Of a stretch of 64,000 nucleotides of DNA, positions 49,101-58,754 are shown one piece after another (position 1 is the first letter of the stretch; the number at the start of each line of letters is the position of its first letter). The position numbers and the translations under genes are program-made. The DNA is from a virus, in IMG/VR virus record IMGVR_UViG_3300014502_000005, positions 1-64,000 of that record; one strand, written 5' to 3'. Under the pieces are notes generated by a model. The model had not been told where the DNA came from. It did not search any database and saw nothing but the letters and a program-made list of their open reading frames with translations.

Positions 49101-51825
49101 GTTTATCGATAATTTAAAAACAGGAAAAGATCAAGGCTCTCCCGAGTTAAATGAAATAGCTAATTTAATCCATAAATTAGATGTTGATTTGTATAAAAAG
49201 ATTACTGAATTCAATCCTAATCTTACATTTAAAGAAGACCATTATAGGGTTTTATGGAAAGTAGTTCCTCAGAGCAAAGAATTTGCCGGCATAGTTAAGG
49301 ATTTTAATGAAGGTAAATCTATTGAAGATATTGCTAAAAATCATGATTTAACAAAAGAGCAAGTTGATTATACTATAAAAAGGTCAACCCAAACTGGGTT
49401 TAAGGGACTTGGGAAAAAGCCGCTTAGAGGCACAAGGGGATTTTTTAAACAATCCACTTTAGCGGATATGTCGGAGGGGATAGAACTTGGAGGTGTTCCT
49501 AAAAGTTACAATCCTATAACTATGTTTAAAATGAGTTATGCGGATGGGATGAAATATGTTACAGCTCAAAACATGTGGAAAACTTTAGGCGAAAGTAATC
49601 TTACTAAGTTTGTCAAACAAGGGGATGTTTCACCAGAAGGATTTGATAAAATAAATGACAATATAGCTAAAAAATATTTCCCTGTAAAAGAACAAGGGGA
49701 ATGGTGGGTTGATGAGGGAGCGGCCAGACTTATCAATAATCATTTAAGTAAAGATTATTTTAGGGCAAACAAGTTTGGAGAAGGATTAATGTGGCTAAAG
49801 AATAATTTCACGGCCATAGAACTTGGACTCTCTGCTTTCCATGCGACAGCTGAAACTATGGAAACTATAAGCTCATCTATTGGAGAAGGCCTACGCAAAA
49901 CTATAAACTTAGGAATATTGGGAGGCGACACTAAAAAAATACTAGAAGGATTGGTCGATATCCCTAAGTCTATATCAACTCCATACACTAAAGCTAAAAT
50001 AGCTGGACAAGCCATGAAGTTTATAATGAATGAGAAAGAGTATATCAATACTCCTGAAGGGAAGTCATTCATTAAAAAATTTCCTGATGCAGCCAATTTG
50101 ATTCACGATTATTTTGTAGGAGGCGGAAATATAGGGATGCATGATGACTATAAAATAAATTCCATAAAAGCATTGAGAGAATCACTGAAAGAAAAATCTG
50201 ACGATCCTGCTTATAAGTATATAAAGGCCGGAGTTATGGCACTCCCAGCTATGAACGAGAAAATAATGAGTTATTTATTTGATAAATATATTCCAAGGTT
50301 AAAATTAGGAATGTTTTTAAGAGAACATGCCATTTCATTAGTTGAAAACCATAAACGGTTAGAAAAAGGAGTTGTTACTAGAAGTGAACTAGCTCGTAAA
50401 AACATGGCTTTTGTAGATGACAGGTTGGGAGAAATGAATTTTGATAATTTATTTTGGGATAGAACATTTAAAACTTCTATGCAATTTATGTTTCGTTCTG
50501 TTACTTGGAAACTTGGTAATTTAAGGGCAATGGGAGGTGCGCCGATAGAGCAAGCAATTGAATTTAGAAATGCTTTTAGAGAAAACAGATATCCTATATT
50601 ACAACCTAAAATGGCATGGTTATTTGGGATGACTGTAATGCAAGTTGCCGCTGCTACAATACTACAAGGGATGTTTGCTAAAAAGAAATTAGAAAATTTT
50701 AAAGATGTCGTAGCGCCTCAAATAAATGAACAAGATGAAAAGGAAAGATTGATTCTTCCCACTTATTTTAAAGACATGCTCCATTTTTATCATTCGCCGG
50801 TTAAATATGTAACAGGTTCTTTTGCTGGAGATATAGGAAGATTTTACGAATTGCAGCAGAATAAAGATTTTTTTGGATATGAGATATATGACCCCCAAGC
50901 TCCGATGAGTGAAAAAGCAAAAGAAATAGGAGAATATTTTTTACCAAAACCCTTTTCTTTTACTAACCTTGCCCAAATGAAGGAAAAAGGTGAACCAGTA
51001 AAAAAGCAGATACTTAGTTTTTTAGGCTTCACTAAAGCCCCAAAATATATCACCAATACTCCAATAGAAAACGAAATAGGGGATTTATACAACATGAGCA
51101 ATAATCTTAAAAAGCCCCATGCTGCAAAAGAAGTTTCAGATGTAAAAAAGCAGATAATTGATTTATATAAATCAGGTAAAGAAGACGACGCTTATAAACT
51201 AATGACTAAAAGCGTATCAGATGGTAAATTAAGAGCGAATCAAACTGATTGGTTGCTTAGGAATATAGATAAAAAAATAGATCCAGGACAATATATGTTC
51301 AGGATGCTCCCATACGACGACAAAAAATATTTGTATGATAAGATGACTAAAGAAGAAAAAATTAAATACGATCCCAAAGAAAGTTTGTCAGGGCAAATAA
51401 AATCGGAAGGTAAAAAAGAAGGTATAGGCAATGACCCGGTTAGTTACAAGTATAAAGAAGCTATGGTTAAAATAAATTCTATTGAAAAAGAGATAAATGA
51501 TGTTGTTAAAAAATCAGGAAGCGCAGAGGCTAAAAAGTATGCTTTAGAAAACAACATTAGTAAAGAATATGTATTTATAGAAAAAAATTCTTCTGAGATT
51601 GAAAAGTTAAGAAGAGTTATTGAATATGTTAAAAAGATGTCGGATGAACAACAAAATAAATATCAAACTAAAATAGAATCGAATATGAATCAGTTTATTG
51701 ATTCATATGAATCAAATGGTCGGGTAAAGCTAAACAGTACAGTTCTTAAATTACACAGAGAATCGCTTAAAGAAAGTAAAAAAATTAGGCGAGAGGAAAA
51801 GAAGGCGTATAGAAGTTTACGCTAA
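46108..51825 (+). CDS. Large multidomain cargo/polyvalent protein with GNAT-like domain
   Basis: 1905 aa; KGKGYGKQIY...SASAKGLWNSL GNAT-like segment; SH3/Tudor-like module; hydrophobic Gly-rich segments. Confidence 0.7.
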   Translation: MPDKDLVNLLGEPENKPDTDLVSALGEPELKKKVSTTESQPYLGQDSQSESVGQANTSKSQSSTGSFRTVGSPKQKPKYDTEVLPETFNEKPIVKAEQKEDKVRQKIYEKPRSVDDFNKEFGINPEENDIKNPEKILKPEEQENLLQTIDFKRFTKQKTDEYLTRPEDSYLWSFSHGAGKAIYHVLDDLDAASKMLHDITGINYGGTFGDAAKKVNESNESGTTKTPDTILGNVLEGLGSTSVDVPLMWLTPELKSKYIAAATGGVVKSMPGIVSYMAADNALSKYQELDKQDNPEANKLTETFKAAGLGAFEGYLMHSFGFLSSEAGGFIKGVTNNNALGKVASVVSNGTLFGGMTASEQYMSGKINPKEVISSAILGAGMTAVSIPESLRKELEANQQKASDRFFTSSSEDIAKINDLPKSVDKLREEQLKVQDKADKETDPKKKEELQIAAKTIDGYIDVKAVTKQILSDSDVAIKAIQEDPKLTDEEKQYHIDKVNEVVAKNDPRIQAANPLIKESSDIDKNIQTIKENKSIPEENKPIMIEGLEDRKKEVFKSIKKEMSKPMDIFELNKNEQLKQKENESKIKKQNVRSTEAKQDVGEKSSSSKEVPKIEEKSKGLLEDATQKVGVEKSGQPEHKRIPQGEDLRGDQEKVREGKSEQTGNSSSPRTEEKEQEEMIPEFVPEGMAEPEPSSTKSGKVDIGEKSEMSKDMKGILGIKDNNVFTREISKEGKEFGEVHVKEMPENWQVKYVNVNDKGKGYGKQIYRELNKQAETEGKTIVSDEPNKISASAKGLWNSLVKSGEAEKLPDESYRMISTKTEKPISQENTKIKEPSIGDKVGFKDMVGTSRKGELLSIEDGKYKIKADDGSTHRVKPEKLQPIEQSEKEIKEGEAPAKEEIKLNEKIKSTKVTLAKNDIPIISGLVKDIVKPVAESAKDAFMIAYKFLSPKSFASSKVKDILNETLIGERNESKAKLDMALRPVEKLFDQMPDEDNVKFIDNLKTGKDQGSPELNEIANLIHKLDVDLYKKITEFNPNLTFKEDHYRVLWKVVPQSKEFAGIVKDFNEGKSIEDIAKNHDLTKEQVDYTIKRSTQTGFKGLGKKPLRGTRGFFKQSTLADMSEGIELGGVPKSYNPITMFKMSYADGMKYVTAQNMWKTLGESNLTKFVKQGDVSPEGFDKINDNIAKKYFPVKEQGEWWVDEGAARLINNHLSKDYFRANKFGEGLMWLKNNFTAIELGLSAFHATAETMETISSSIGEGLRKTINLGILGGDTKKILEGLVDIPKSISTPYTKAKIAGQAMKFIMNEKEYINTPEGKSFIKKFPDAANLIHDYFVGGGNIGMHDDYKINSIKALRESLKEKSDDPAYKYIKAGVMALPAMNEKIMSYLFDKYIPRLKLGMFLREHAISLVENHKRLEKGVVTRSELARKNMAFVDDRLGEMNFDNLFWDRTFKTSMQFMFRSVTWKLGNLRAMGGAPIEQAIEFRNAFRENRYPILQPKMAWLFGMTVMQVAAATILQGMFAKKKLENFKDVVAPQINEQDEKERLILPTYFKDMLHFYHSPVKYVTGSFAGDIGRFYELQQNKDFFGYEIYDPQAPMSEKAKEIGEYFLPKPFSFTNLAQMKEKGEPVKKQILSFLGFTKAPKYITNTPIENEIGDLYNMSNNLKKPHAAKEVSDVKKQIIDLYKSGKEDDAYKLMTKSVSDGKLRANQTDWLLRNIDKKIDPGQYMFRMLPYDDKKYLYDKMTKEEKIKYDPKESLSGQIKSEGKKEGIGNDPVSYKYKEAMVKINSIEKEINDVVKKSGSAEAKKYALENNISKEYVFIEKNSSEIEKLRRVIEYVKKMSDEQQNKYQTKIESNMNQFIDSYESNGRVKLNSTVLKLHRESLKESKKIRREEKKAYRSLR

Positions 51826-51869
51826 AAATAAGCGTCAAAAAATAAATTAACTTTGTAAAAATAAATAGT

Positions 51870-52187
51870 ATGACATTAAATATTATCACTAATCAAACAG
51901 CATACGTAACATTCACTGTTTATGCCCAAGATACAGGATTACTTTCCCATACATTTGATATTCCCAAAGCAAACATATCATCCATTTGTACATATCCAAA
52001 TGAAAAAGTAGAAGATGCCTTGGGTATCGTAGTGGTAAATACTATTACTCAATTAGATCAATCAAATAAAGGAAATGCTTTGCTTGAACTTAGTCCTACT
52101 AAATGGGCGTTATCGACTTCTTCAACCGTTGCGATAGTTGACGCTGCAACTTTGAGGGCTACTTTATTAGGATATTTTATAGTTTAA
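51870..52187 (+). CDS. Small structural protein, paralogue of the next gene's N-terminus
   Basis: High identity to residues 1-105 of 52198..52818; TAACTTTG promoter at 51848-51855. Confidence 0.75.
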   Translation: MTLNIITNQTAYVTFTVYAQDTGLLSHTFDIPKANISSICTYPNEKVEDALGIVVVNTITQLDQSNKGNALLELSPTKWALSTSSTVAIVDAATLRATLLGYFIV

Positions 52188-52197
52188 ATAAATAATT

Positions 52198-52818
52198 ATG
52201 AAACTAAATATTATCACAGATCATACAGGGTACGTAACGTTCGATGTTTATTCTCAAGACACTAGTCTTTTATCTTATACATTTGATGTTGTTAAGGCTA
52301 ATGTTTCATCTATTCGTTCTTACCCTCTTACTAAAGTAGAAGATGGACTGGGGCTAGTAGTCATAGACACTATAACACAGTTAGATCAAATGAATAAGGG
52401 CAATTCTTTTATAGAACTTGTACCTTCTTTATGGGCTTTGTCAACAGCCTCAACAACTCCGATAGTAGATGCTGCAACATTGCGAACAATTCTGGTAGGG
52501 TATATGCCCACAGCTTTATCTTTTAGTATTCCTACAACAATAGCTTATACAACTGCAATTCCTTTTACCCAAGCCTTAACTATAATAACAGGCAAAACAT
52601 TAGCCTCTAACGATACGTTAACAATTGCTGCTAATCCTGTTGAAGGTTCAGGGGCGCAAACATGGTTAGACGGAAACGGGACAAACACGCCTGTATTTAC
52701 TAATTTTGATTATCAAAGTGGAACATTTGATAATACTAATGGCGTTAGAAATTTCATCACCATGGAATATATCGGAGGCAAAGCAATGATTTCCATTTTA
52801 AATATGACAGCCGTATGA
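52198..52818 (+). CDS. Structural protein (duplicated N-domain plus a C-terminal beta domain)
   Basis: 206 aa, T-rich. Confidence 0.75.
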   Translation: MKLNIITDHTGYVTFDVYSQDTSLLSYTFDVVKANVSSIRSYPLTKVEDGLGLVVIDTITQLDQMNKGNSFIELVPSLWALSTASTTPIVDAATLRTILVGYMPTALSFSIPTTIAYTTAIPFTQALTIITGKTLASNDTLTIAANPVEGSGAQTWLDGNGTNTPVFTNFDYQSGTFDNTNGVRNFITMEYIGGKAMISILNMTAV

Positions 52819-55508
52819 TAGTTAGAAATTGGATGATGCAAGGAGGGATTAGCAGTTTGTATTTAACAATTGATAATACAGGGAATTACTATCCATTAGT
52901 TAACGATCAGATTGAATTTACATTATTATCATCCGAAATTGATTTTACAAAAATACTGTCCGATGTATCAAATCTAATCATAATGGACGGGGCAACTGTT
53001 CTAAAGCATTATATAGATTACAATGATTATGCAAATGGTATAATCAAAGGTTTTGTTAAATGTTCAGTAAATGCTAAAAGTTCAAAAAGTTTAACAGTTT
53101 TACTAACTGGCACATCGAATTTGTCTTCATATACAGATACAATGATTAGGGCAACTAGTCATTGTTCTATGTTAAATTTCTATCCATTTAGTTCCGTAAA
53201 TGATTCGTTAGCAATTGGGGAGGCTTTTACCTTAAATAATGCTCAAATATCAACAATAGGAGTAGGTAGTGCATTAGATTTGAGTGGAACAACATCATAC
53301 GCGATTTCAAATATTTTCAATTTAAGGCAAACCAGGGCCGTAAGTGATTATGGATTTTTAATGTTTAATTTTATATTAAAAACTACACATATTGCTGGTG
53401 GTGGTGTTAAGACTATATTTTCAAAATATTTTGATACAAATAATTATATTTATTTTGGGTTAAATGATTCAGGACAATTTTACACTACCTTAAAAGTAGG
53501 TGGGGCAACTCAGTCATGGACATCTACAACTGTGAGACAACTTGCAGGGGCCATTAACTCATTTGCTATAAGATATACCAACAATGCTGTTTTTATACGA
53601 GTTAACGGCGTTACTGTATTAACCTATGACCCTGTATGGATAGTTGCAGCCGATGGGTTACCGTTAACGTTTGGCGCACAAAATAATGGTTCTTATGCAA
53701 ATTATTTTGACGGATATATTTATGATTTTTCTATTCACAATATGATTTATCCGTTTAATTATGAGATAGGCAGGACAAAAAACATGTCCTTAAATTCCAG
53801 GACACAAAAAGAAAAATGGCAATATAGAGGGCATACTGATTTGAATGGCTGTTATGATGTGTCTGAATATACCTATATCTATGCAAATGGTGTATTATAT
53901 GGATATGGCAAAGAATATACAGCTGCAACTGGTATATCGATTGCAGTAAGAAAGACAAGTTATGATGATGGTTCTACATGGTCTGAACGTGTCGTTTTAT
54001 TTGGAAATGGTGCAGGTGGCGAAAATAATCAAGTGCATCGGGGATGTTGTTTTATAGGCAATGATGGACTTTATCATTATTGTTATAGCGCAAAAAACAC
54101 ATCTGTAGTCGCCATTAATAATAAATTGAGGTGTTGTGATTCAGTTGATGGTGTTACATTTACTAACTTCAGGGATATTTTAAACCCATTTACTGGAGCA
54201 ACAGGAGGCATTGAAAATAGTCGTTTTATTTGGGATGCAGCATTAAGCACATATATTGGGTTTGTTGATGTAGGCGGAGTAGCGGGAGTGGCATGGTCTG
54301 AATTTTATGTTGAAGGAGAAACATTAGATACTTTAGGGTATTACCACGAAGGAGCAGAGACATCATTACAGATTGCCGGAGGTATGTATGGAGCTTCGTG
54401 TATTAAAAAAATAGGTAACGAATATTATGTATGGGAACATATATCTTTAGGAGCAGGAAGTATTATTCCGACACAAGCATATTGTTTTAAAAGTTCAAAT
54501 CCTCGCAATAATAGTTGGCAATTGGTTGATGAAATATTAGCATACGATGTGCCAAGATGTAGAGACCAATGGGCAGATTTATATATTTGCGAAAATACAG
54601 ATAAAAATATTTCTATTTTATCTGCCGATGCATGTAAAAATTATGGGTCTCTCGAATTACAAAGTAGTATATTTACTTATAATGGATTATTAACGGATTT
54701 AGTTAAAGATACAATTTCGAGTATTAGTAAAACTAAAAATGACATTACTGTAATACCTTCAATTGCAATTGATGTTGATGCACAAGTATTTATTACAGCG
54801 GCAGGATTAACGGGCAACGATATAACATCAATAGATTTGTTATGTAAAAGATTGAAAGAAAATAAGTTGTGGGAAAGATTTCCATATATTTGGCCATTTA
54901 TAGGGGGTTCTGCTGCCACAAATAAATTTCAATTAAAACGGCCAGTTGATTCTGATGATGCGAATAGACTTACATTTTATGGTTCGTTTACTCATAATGC
55001 AAATGGATTAATACCATCAGGTGCTTCTGGGACATATGCCGATCCTCATTTAACAGTTAAAAGTTTATATTATAATAATTATAGTTTTATATATGTAAGT
55101 CCTATAAATATTAGTACAGGTACTAATTATGGCACTGATATAGCAACGGCAGGAGGAGGTAATGTGTTTAGAACTTGTTATCAAGGGTCATATTTAACAA
55201 ACATGGGTGGACAGGCTGCTAATTATGCCAGTCAGGCAACTTCAAAGGGTGTTTTTATAGCATCTGCATATGATAAGAGGTTAAATTATGCTATGCACAA
55301 CAGGATTATAAGGGCATCTAATACAACATTTGCAGATCGAGTATTTGGCGGTGCTGCTTTAAATTTGTTTTGTTATACGGCAACCCAGCAAAATGCAATC
55401 AATCCATGCAGTTTGATTATTATAGGATTAGGATTAGATATTCAACAAGCAATAAAAAGTACAGATATATTTGAAGAGTATATGATTTCACGAGGATTAA
55501 CAATTTAA
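52815..55508 (+). CDS. Putative receptor-binding protein: DUF2341-like, LamG/ConA-like lectin, beta-propeller glycoside-hydrolase-like
   Basis: VNG...FGA...YFDGYIYDFSIHN (LamG); SYDDGSTWS and SVDGVTF Asp-box motifs. Confidence 0.65.
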   Translation: MIVRNWMMQGGISSLYLTIDNTGNYYPLVNDQIEFTLLSSEIDFTKILSDVSNLIIMDGATVLKHYIDYNDYANGIIKGFVKCSVNAKSSKSLTVLLTGTSNLSSYTDTMIRATSHCSMLNFYPFSSVNDSLAIGEAFTLNNAQISTIGVGSALDLSGTTSYAISNIFNLRQTRAVSDYGFLMFNFILKTTHIAGGGVKTIFSKYFDTNNYIYFGLNDSGQFYTTLKVGGATQSWTSTTVRQLAGAINSFAIRYTNNAVFIRVNGVTVLTYDPVWIVAADGLPLTFGAQNNGSYANYFDGYIYDFSIHNMIYPFNYEIGRTKNMSLNSRTQKEKWQYRGHTDLNGCYDVSEYTYIYANGVLYGYGKEYTAATGISIAVRKTSYDDGSTWSERVVLFGNGAGGENNQVHRGCCFIGNDGLYHYCYSAKNTSVVAINNKLRCCDSVDGVTFTNFRDILNPFTGATGGIENSRFIWDAALSTYIGFVDVGGVAGVAWSEFYVEGETLDTLGYYHEGAETSLQIAGGMYGASCIKKIGNEYYVWEHISLGAGSIIPTQAYCFKSSNPRNNSWQLVDEILAYDVPRCRDQWADLYICENTDKNISILSADACKNYGSLELQSSIFTYNGLLTDLVKDTISSISKTKNDITVIPSIAIDVDAQVFITAAGLTGNDITSIDLLCKRLKENKLWERFPYIWPFIGGSAATNKFQLKRPVDSDDANRLTFYGSFTHNANGLIPSGASGTYADPHLTVKSLYYNNYSFIYVSPINISTGTNYGTDIATAGGGNVFRTCYQGSYLTNMGGQAANYASQATSKGVFIASAYDKRLNYAMHNRIIRASNTTFADRVFGGAALNLFCYTATQQNAINPCSLIIIGLGLDIQQAIKSTDIFEEYMISRGLTI

Positions 55509-55528
55509 AATAAAACATTAAATATATA

Positions 55529-55753
55529 ATGAAAATTAAAGATTTGCCCTTATATATTATTTCTGGGATAGTAGTATTAGGATATTTATTTTTCCTTTTT
55601 ATGCTTTTGTACCATCCTATTCCAGAAGTCAACAGAGATATACTTAATCAAGCTGCCGGAGCTTTATTAGGAGCATTTATTACTGTAGTATCTTTTTGGA
55701 TAGGCAGTTCGGCTGGCAGTAAAAATAAAACAGACTTATTAAATAATAAATAG
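55529..55753 (+). CDS. Holin-like 2-TM protein
   Basis: Two TM helices, ..VVSFWIGSSAGSK.K C-terminus. Confidence 0.65.
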   Translation: MKIKDLPLYIISGIVVLGYLFFLFMLLYHPIPEVNRDILNQAAGALLGAFITVVSFWIGSSAGSKNKTDLLNNK

Positions 55754-55776
55754 TATTAATTTAAAAATTATAAATT

Positions 55777-55872
55777 ATGATTACGAACGATGTTTTAAAA
55801 ATGGGTCAAATCGATCCTCCTCCACCGCCTCCTCCACCATCAAGTCCTAGACCTAAAAAACCTAGGCATTGA
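55777..55872 (+). CDS. 31-aa polyproline micro-ORF MITNDVLKMGQIDPPPPPPPPSSPRPKKPRH, not in ORF track
   Basis: A-rich leader then ATG; eight consecutive Pro codons; TGA overlaps the TTG start of the next gene. Confidence 0.6.
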   Translation: MITNDVLKMGQIDPPPPPPPPSSPRPKKPRH

Positions 55873-56252
55873 AATTAAGGATATGGAAGCGAATAGATTT
55901 GGTAGATTTAATTGGGATAATCCCTCCAATTTTATTTATTGTAATAATAAGCATATTTCATTATAAAAGCAATCCATCCGGCGGATGGTCTGTCGTATGG
56001 GTTTTAAGCGAGAATATGCTTTTATTGTCCATGTCTTTAACAATTATAGTGCTGTCTTATTCAGGTATTTTAAGGAATTTTTTTAAATACGTATTTGCCC
56101 CTTACTTTTTGGTAAAGTGTATTTATCATATATTTTGTTATTTACAGATATATATTATGCCTTATGATGCTTGGAAGAAATTTTGGATTGGGATTATCTT
56201 TTTAATATTTATATTAGGTTTTATAATTATTCTATACAAACATGATAAGTAG
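55869..56252 (+). CDS. 4-TM membrane protein
   Basis: Four hydrophobic segments. Confidence 0.7.
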   Translation: MKLRIWKRIDLVDLIGIIPPILFIVIISIFHYKSNPSGGWSVVWVLSENMLLLSMSLTIIVLSYSGILRNFFKYVFAPYFLVKCIYHIFCYLQIYIMPYDAWKKFWIGIIFLIFILGFIIILYKHDK

Positions 56253-56649
56253 TGCCATTAAAGCCTGTATAGGCTATTTTATAGGAGTTGTAATATGCAT
56301 TCTTTTTATGCTATTAATCGGAAGATTAAATGATTTACAATTTAATACATTGATTACGCCAACAATTGTCGGGTTTATTGGTTCTCTATTATTATGGTAT
56401 AATGACTATACCAAGAAATTAAAAAAAGAAGAGCTTTCGGAAATAGACCGAAAAATTGCTTGTAAAGCGGAGGAAAAAATGGTACTCGATTTAAGGGATG
56501 ATTTAAAATTAAAAGCCGATATAAAAGACATTACATATATACATAATGTATTAGAAAGAATAGTAATTAGAGAAGAGGCTAATGACAAGTCTCATGAAGA
56601 GATGCATAAGATGATTATTGAGATATGGCAATCTATTATTAATAAATAG
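56242..56649 (+). CDS. 2-TM plus coiled-coil protein (holin/antiholin-like)
   Basis: Topology; directly precedes endolysin-like gene. Confidence 0.55.
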   Translation: MISSAIKACIGYFIGVVICILFMLLIGRLNDLQFNTLITPTIVGFIGSLLLWYNDYTKKLKKEELSEIDRKIACKAEEKMVLDLRDDLKLKADIKDITYIHNVLERIVIREEANDKSHEEMHKMIIEIWQSIINK

Positions 56650-56657
56650 AAGAAATA

Positions 56658-57092
56658 ATGAATATTCGTATAGACCGATTGACTTTTGAAGAAGAATATA
56701 CAATGGGGAGGGTGTTCATTAATGACGATTTTATATGTAATTCTCTTGAAGATAAGGTTCGTGAGTTAGGAAAAAACGGTGAAGGTAAAGTTCCCGAAAA
56801 AACAGCTATCCCTGCGGAAAAGTATAAATTTAGGATTACATTCTGGCCTAAATATCAAATTTGGACACCCGCACTAATAGATGTTCCGTTTTTTACCGGT
56901 ATACGGTTACATTCAGGACGAAATGCAGAAGATACGCATGGGTGCATATTAATAGGGCAAAATACATTTGAGGGAAAACTAGAACATGGGTATAATACTT
57001 TTGAAAATTTCATGAAATATTTTAACAAAAATGAAAATGGTACGTATAATGATACTCTATACGAAATTGACATAATAAATAAAAAAGAGTAG
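56658..57092 (+). CDS. DUF5675-family putative peptidoglycan hydrolase (endolysin-like)
   Basis: TAIPA..Y, GIRLHSG....DTHGCILIG His/Cys motif. Confidence 0.8.
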   Translation: MNIRIDRLTFEEEYTMGRVFINDDFICNSLEDKVRELGKNGEGKVPEKTAIPAEKYKFRITFWPKYQIWTPALIDVPFFTGIRLHSGRNAEDTHGCILIGQNTFEGKLEHGYNTFENFMKYFNKNENGTYNDTLYEIDIINKKE

Positions 57093-57094
57093 CC

Positions 57095-57793
57095 ATGAAA
57101 ATAACTAAGTATGAATTAATCGTAACTATAATTTTGGTTGTGATATTTTTTTTCTTTATAAAAGGTATTATTTCAAATAACAAAAAACTTAAAGAAATAA
57201 AGAATTTGTATGAAACATCTCAGGACAGTACGCTTGTTTATCGAAATAAACTAGGACAACAAGTAGCTCATTCTTCTGTTCTAGAAACTTCTAATCAGAA
57301 ATACTTACTTCAACTTAAAACAAATGATGCCCTTATTTTAGAACTACAACAATTATTAAAACAAGAAACTAAAAAAAGGCATGATATTGAAGTTGCTATC
57401 ATAGTTAAAAGCAAAATCATATCTCATCTTGAAGATTCGTTAACAAATGTTATAACTGGGCAAACAATAGAACATAAAGGCGATAGCACTTTTATTTATC
57501 CTATTTATAAGCATGTAGTAAAAGACGACTGGACTTATGAAATGATTCAGATAGGGAAAAGCTATTTTTGGAGGGACTTGACTGTAAGAAATGATTATAA
57601 TATAGTAATAGGAAGCGAACCGGCAGGACTATTTAAGCGCAAACAATTTGCTGAGATAACTAATTTAAATCCAAATGCCGAAACAGGAGCAATGAAAGTT
57701 TACCAGAAAAAAGAGGCTAAAAGCGACTTCTTTCCGCTTGTAATAGGAGGCTTAACAGGATCGTTAATTATGTTTTTGATAAAGTCCTTATAG
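57095..57793 (+). CDS. Putative spanin-like lysis protein
   Basis: N-terminal TM, coiled coil, beta region (ITNLNP), C-terminal TM. Confidence 0.5.
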   Translation: MKITKYELIVTIILVVIFFFFIKGIISNNKKLKEIKNLYETSQDSTLVYRNKLGQQVAHSSVLETSNQKYLLQLKTNDALILELQQLLKQETKKRHDIEVAIIVKSKIISHLEDSLTNVITGQTIEHKGDSTFIYPIYKHVVKDDWTYEMIQIGKSYFWRDLTVRNDYNIVIGSEPAGLFKRKQFAEITNLNPNAETGAMKVYQKKEAKSDFFPLVIGGLTGSLIMFLIKSL

Positions 57794-57870
57794 TTTCAAA
57801 ACAATCTTTAAAAACTTTCCGATTTTAGTGTATCAATTGACTTATAATCAATTCAAATTTAGTACTTACG

Positions 57871-57891
57871 TATATATAGTAGTTATGTGGC
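57871..57891 (+). other. Array-proximal attI-like site TATATATAGTA-GTTATGTGGC
   Basis: Same motif starts the second array at 62601; no hairpin. Confidence 0.55.
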
Positions 57892-57892
57892 A

Positions 57893-58357
57893 TTAAAAGA
57901 GCCACGCTTTGACAATTTCGTATAGGTTTAATTTTAAGTGATACGAATTAATTATCACGAAAACTCCAAATACAAGTCCGATAACTGAATTTACCCAATG
58001 TAATGCCGTATATGCTGGGCTAAATTTAAACAGCTTACTTATTGGAGCTATTGCAATAAAATTAAAAGCAATTATCGCAATAAAAGCAACCCAATTAAAA
58101 GTTAATAAACCTGCAAACATCCATAAGGTAAATAGTAAACTTGGAAGTCCTCGACTAATTAAAACGTCTTTGTAATCTTGCGGATATTCATCCCACTTTT
58201 TGCCTTTGTTTTGCTTATTAAGCTCTTTAAATTTTTTAGATTTTTCAGTGTATTCAACTGGGCTTATTAGCCAAAGAACTTCATGTATTATAAAGCAAAT
58301 TCCGATAAAATAAAAAATGTGTTTCATTGTTATAATTTTTAAGTTATTAATATTCAA
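57893..58357 (-). CDS. Multi-TM membrane protein in gene cassette 1 (likely start ATG 58327)
   Basis: Hydrophobic; flanked by GTTATGTGGC / GCCACATAAC. Confidence 0.75.
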   Translation of the reverse strand: MNINNLKIITMKHIFYFIGICFIIHEVLWLISPVEYTEKSKKFKELNKQNKGKKWDEYPQDYKDVLISRGLPSLLFTLWMFAGLLTFNWVAFIAIIAFNFIAIAPISKLFKFSPAYTALHWVNSVIGLVFGVFVIINSYHLKLNLYEIVKAWLF

Positions 58358-58365
58358 TAATTAAC

Positions 58366-58504
58366 GCCACATAACCCGCGGTCATACGCAAAACGGGGTT
58401 TCCGTTCTCGTTGGATAAGGTATCTGTTTGCAAAGTGTCGTTCATCGTATTTAGTTTATCTGTTAATAATCCCCGTTCAGCGCATACCGCCACCGTTATA
58501 GGGC
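58366..58504 (+). repeat. attC-like recombination site
   Basis: AAC-CC-GCGGT[C]ATACGCAAAACGGGG ... CCCCGTTCAGCGCATACCGC-CACC-GTT; extrahelical G on the minus strand. Confidence 0.8.
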
Positions 58505-58699
58505 ATTTAAAACAAGCTTCGGTTCAAGTTCAGTAAATGCCTCGACTGTTATACCTTCTTTTAATTGCCATTCAGCATCATCATAGTATTCAATAGAATA
58601 CACATAATTGTTATAAACTTTAATTATGCACATATAATGAATACCATTGTAATTAGGCTCATTTTCTGGATATTTTTTAAAAACTTCATTTATATTCAT
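58496..58699 (-). CDS. DUF551-like small protein in gene cassette 2
   Basis: KKYPENEP...W....V.AF pattern; stop TAA within GCCCTATAAC. Confidence 0.65.
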   Translation of the reverse strand: MNINEVFKKYPENEPNYNGIHYMCIIKVYNNYVYSIEYYDDAEWQLKEGITVEAFTELEPKLVLNAL

Positions 58700-58715
58700 A
58701 ACTTAAAAATAAACA

Positions 58716-58754
58716 CCCTATAACAATAGGTCATAAAACAGCAGGGCGTATTTG
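58716..58754 (+). repeat. Truncated attC-like site (left arm only)
   Basis: CCCTATAAC-AA-TAGGTCATAAAAC; complementary to cassette start GTTATAGGG at 58495. Confidence 0.6.

Noticed and set aside
47301-51431. Ser/Leu/Phe-rich minus-strand ORFs (also similar ones inside TerL, portal and scaffold)
   Set aside because: Antisense shadows of Lys/Glu-rich genes
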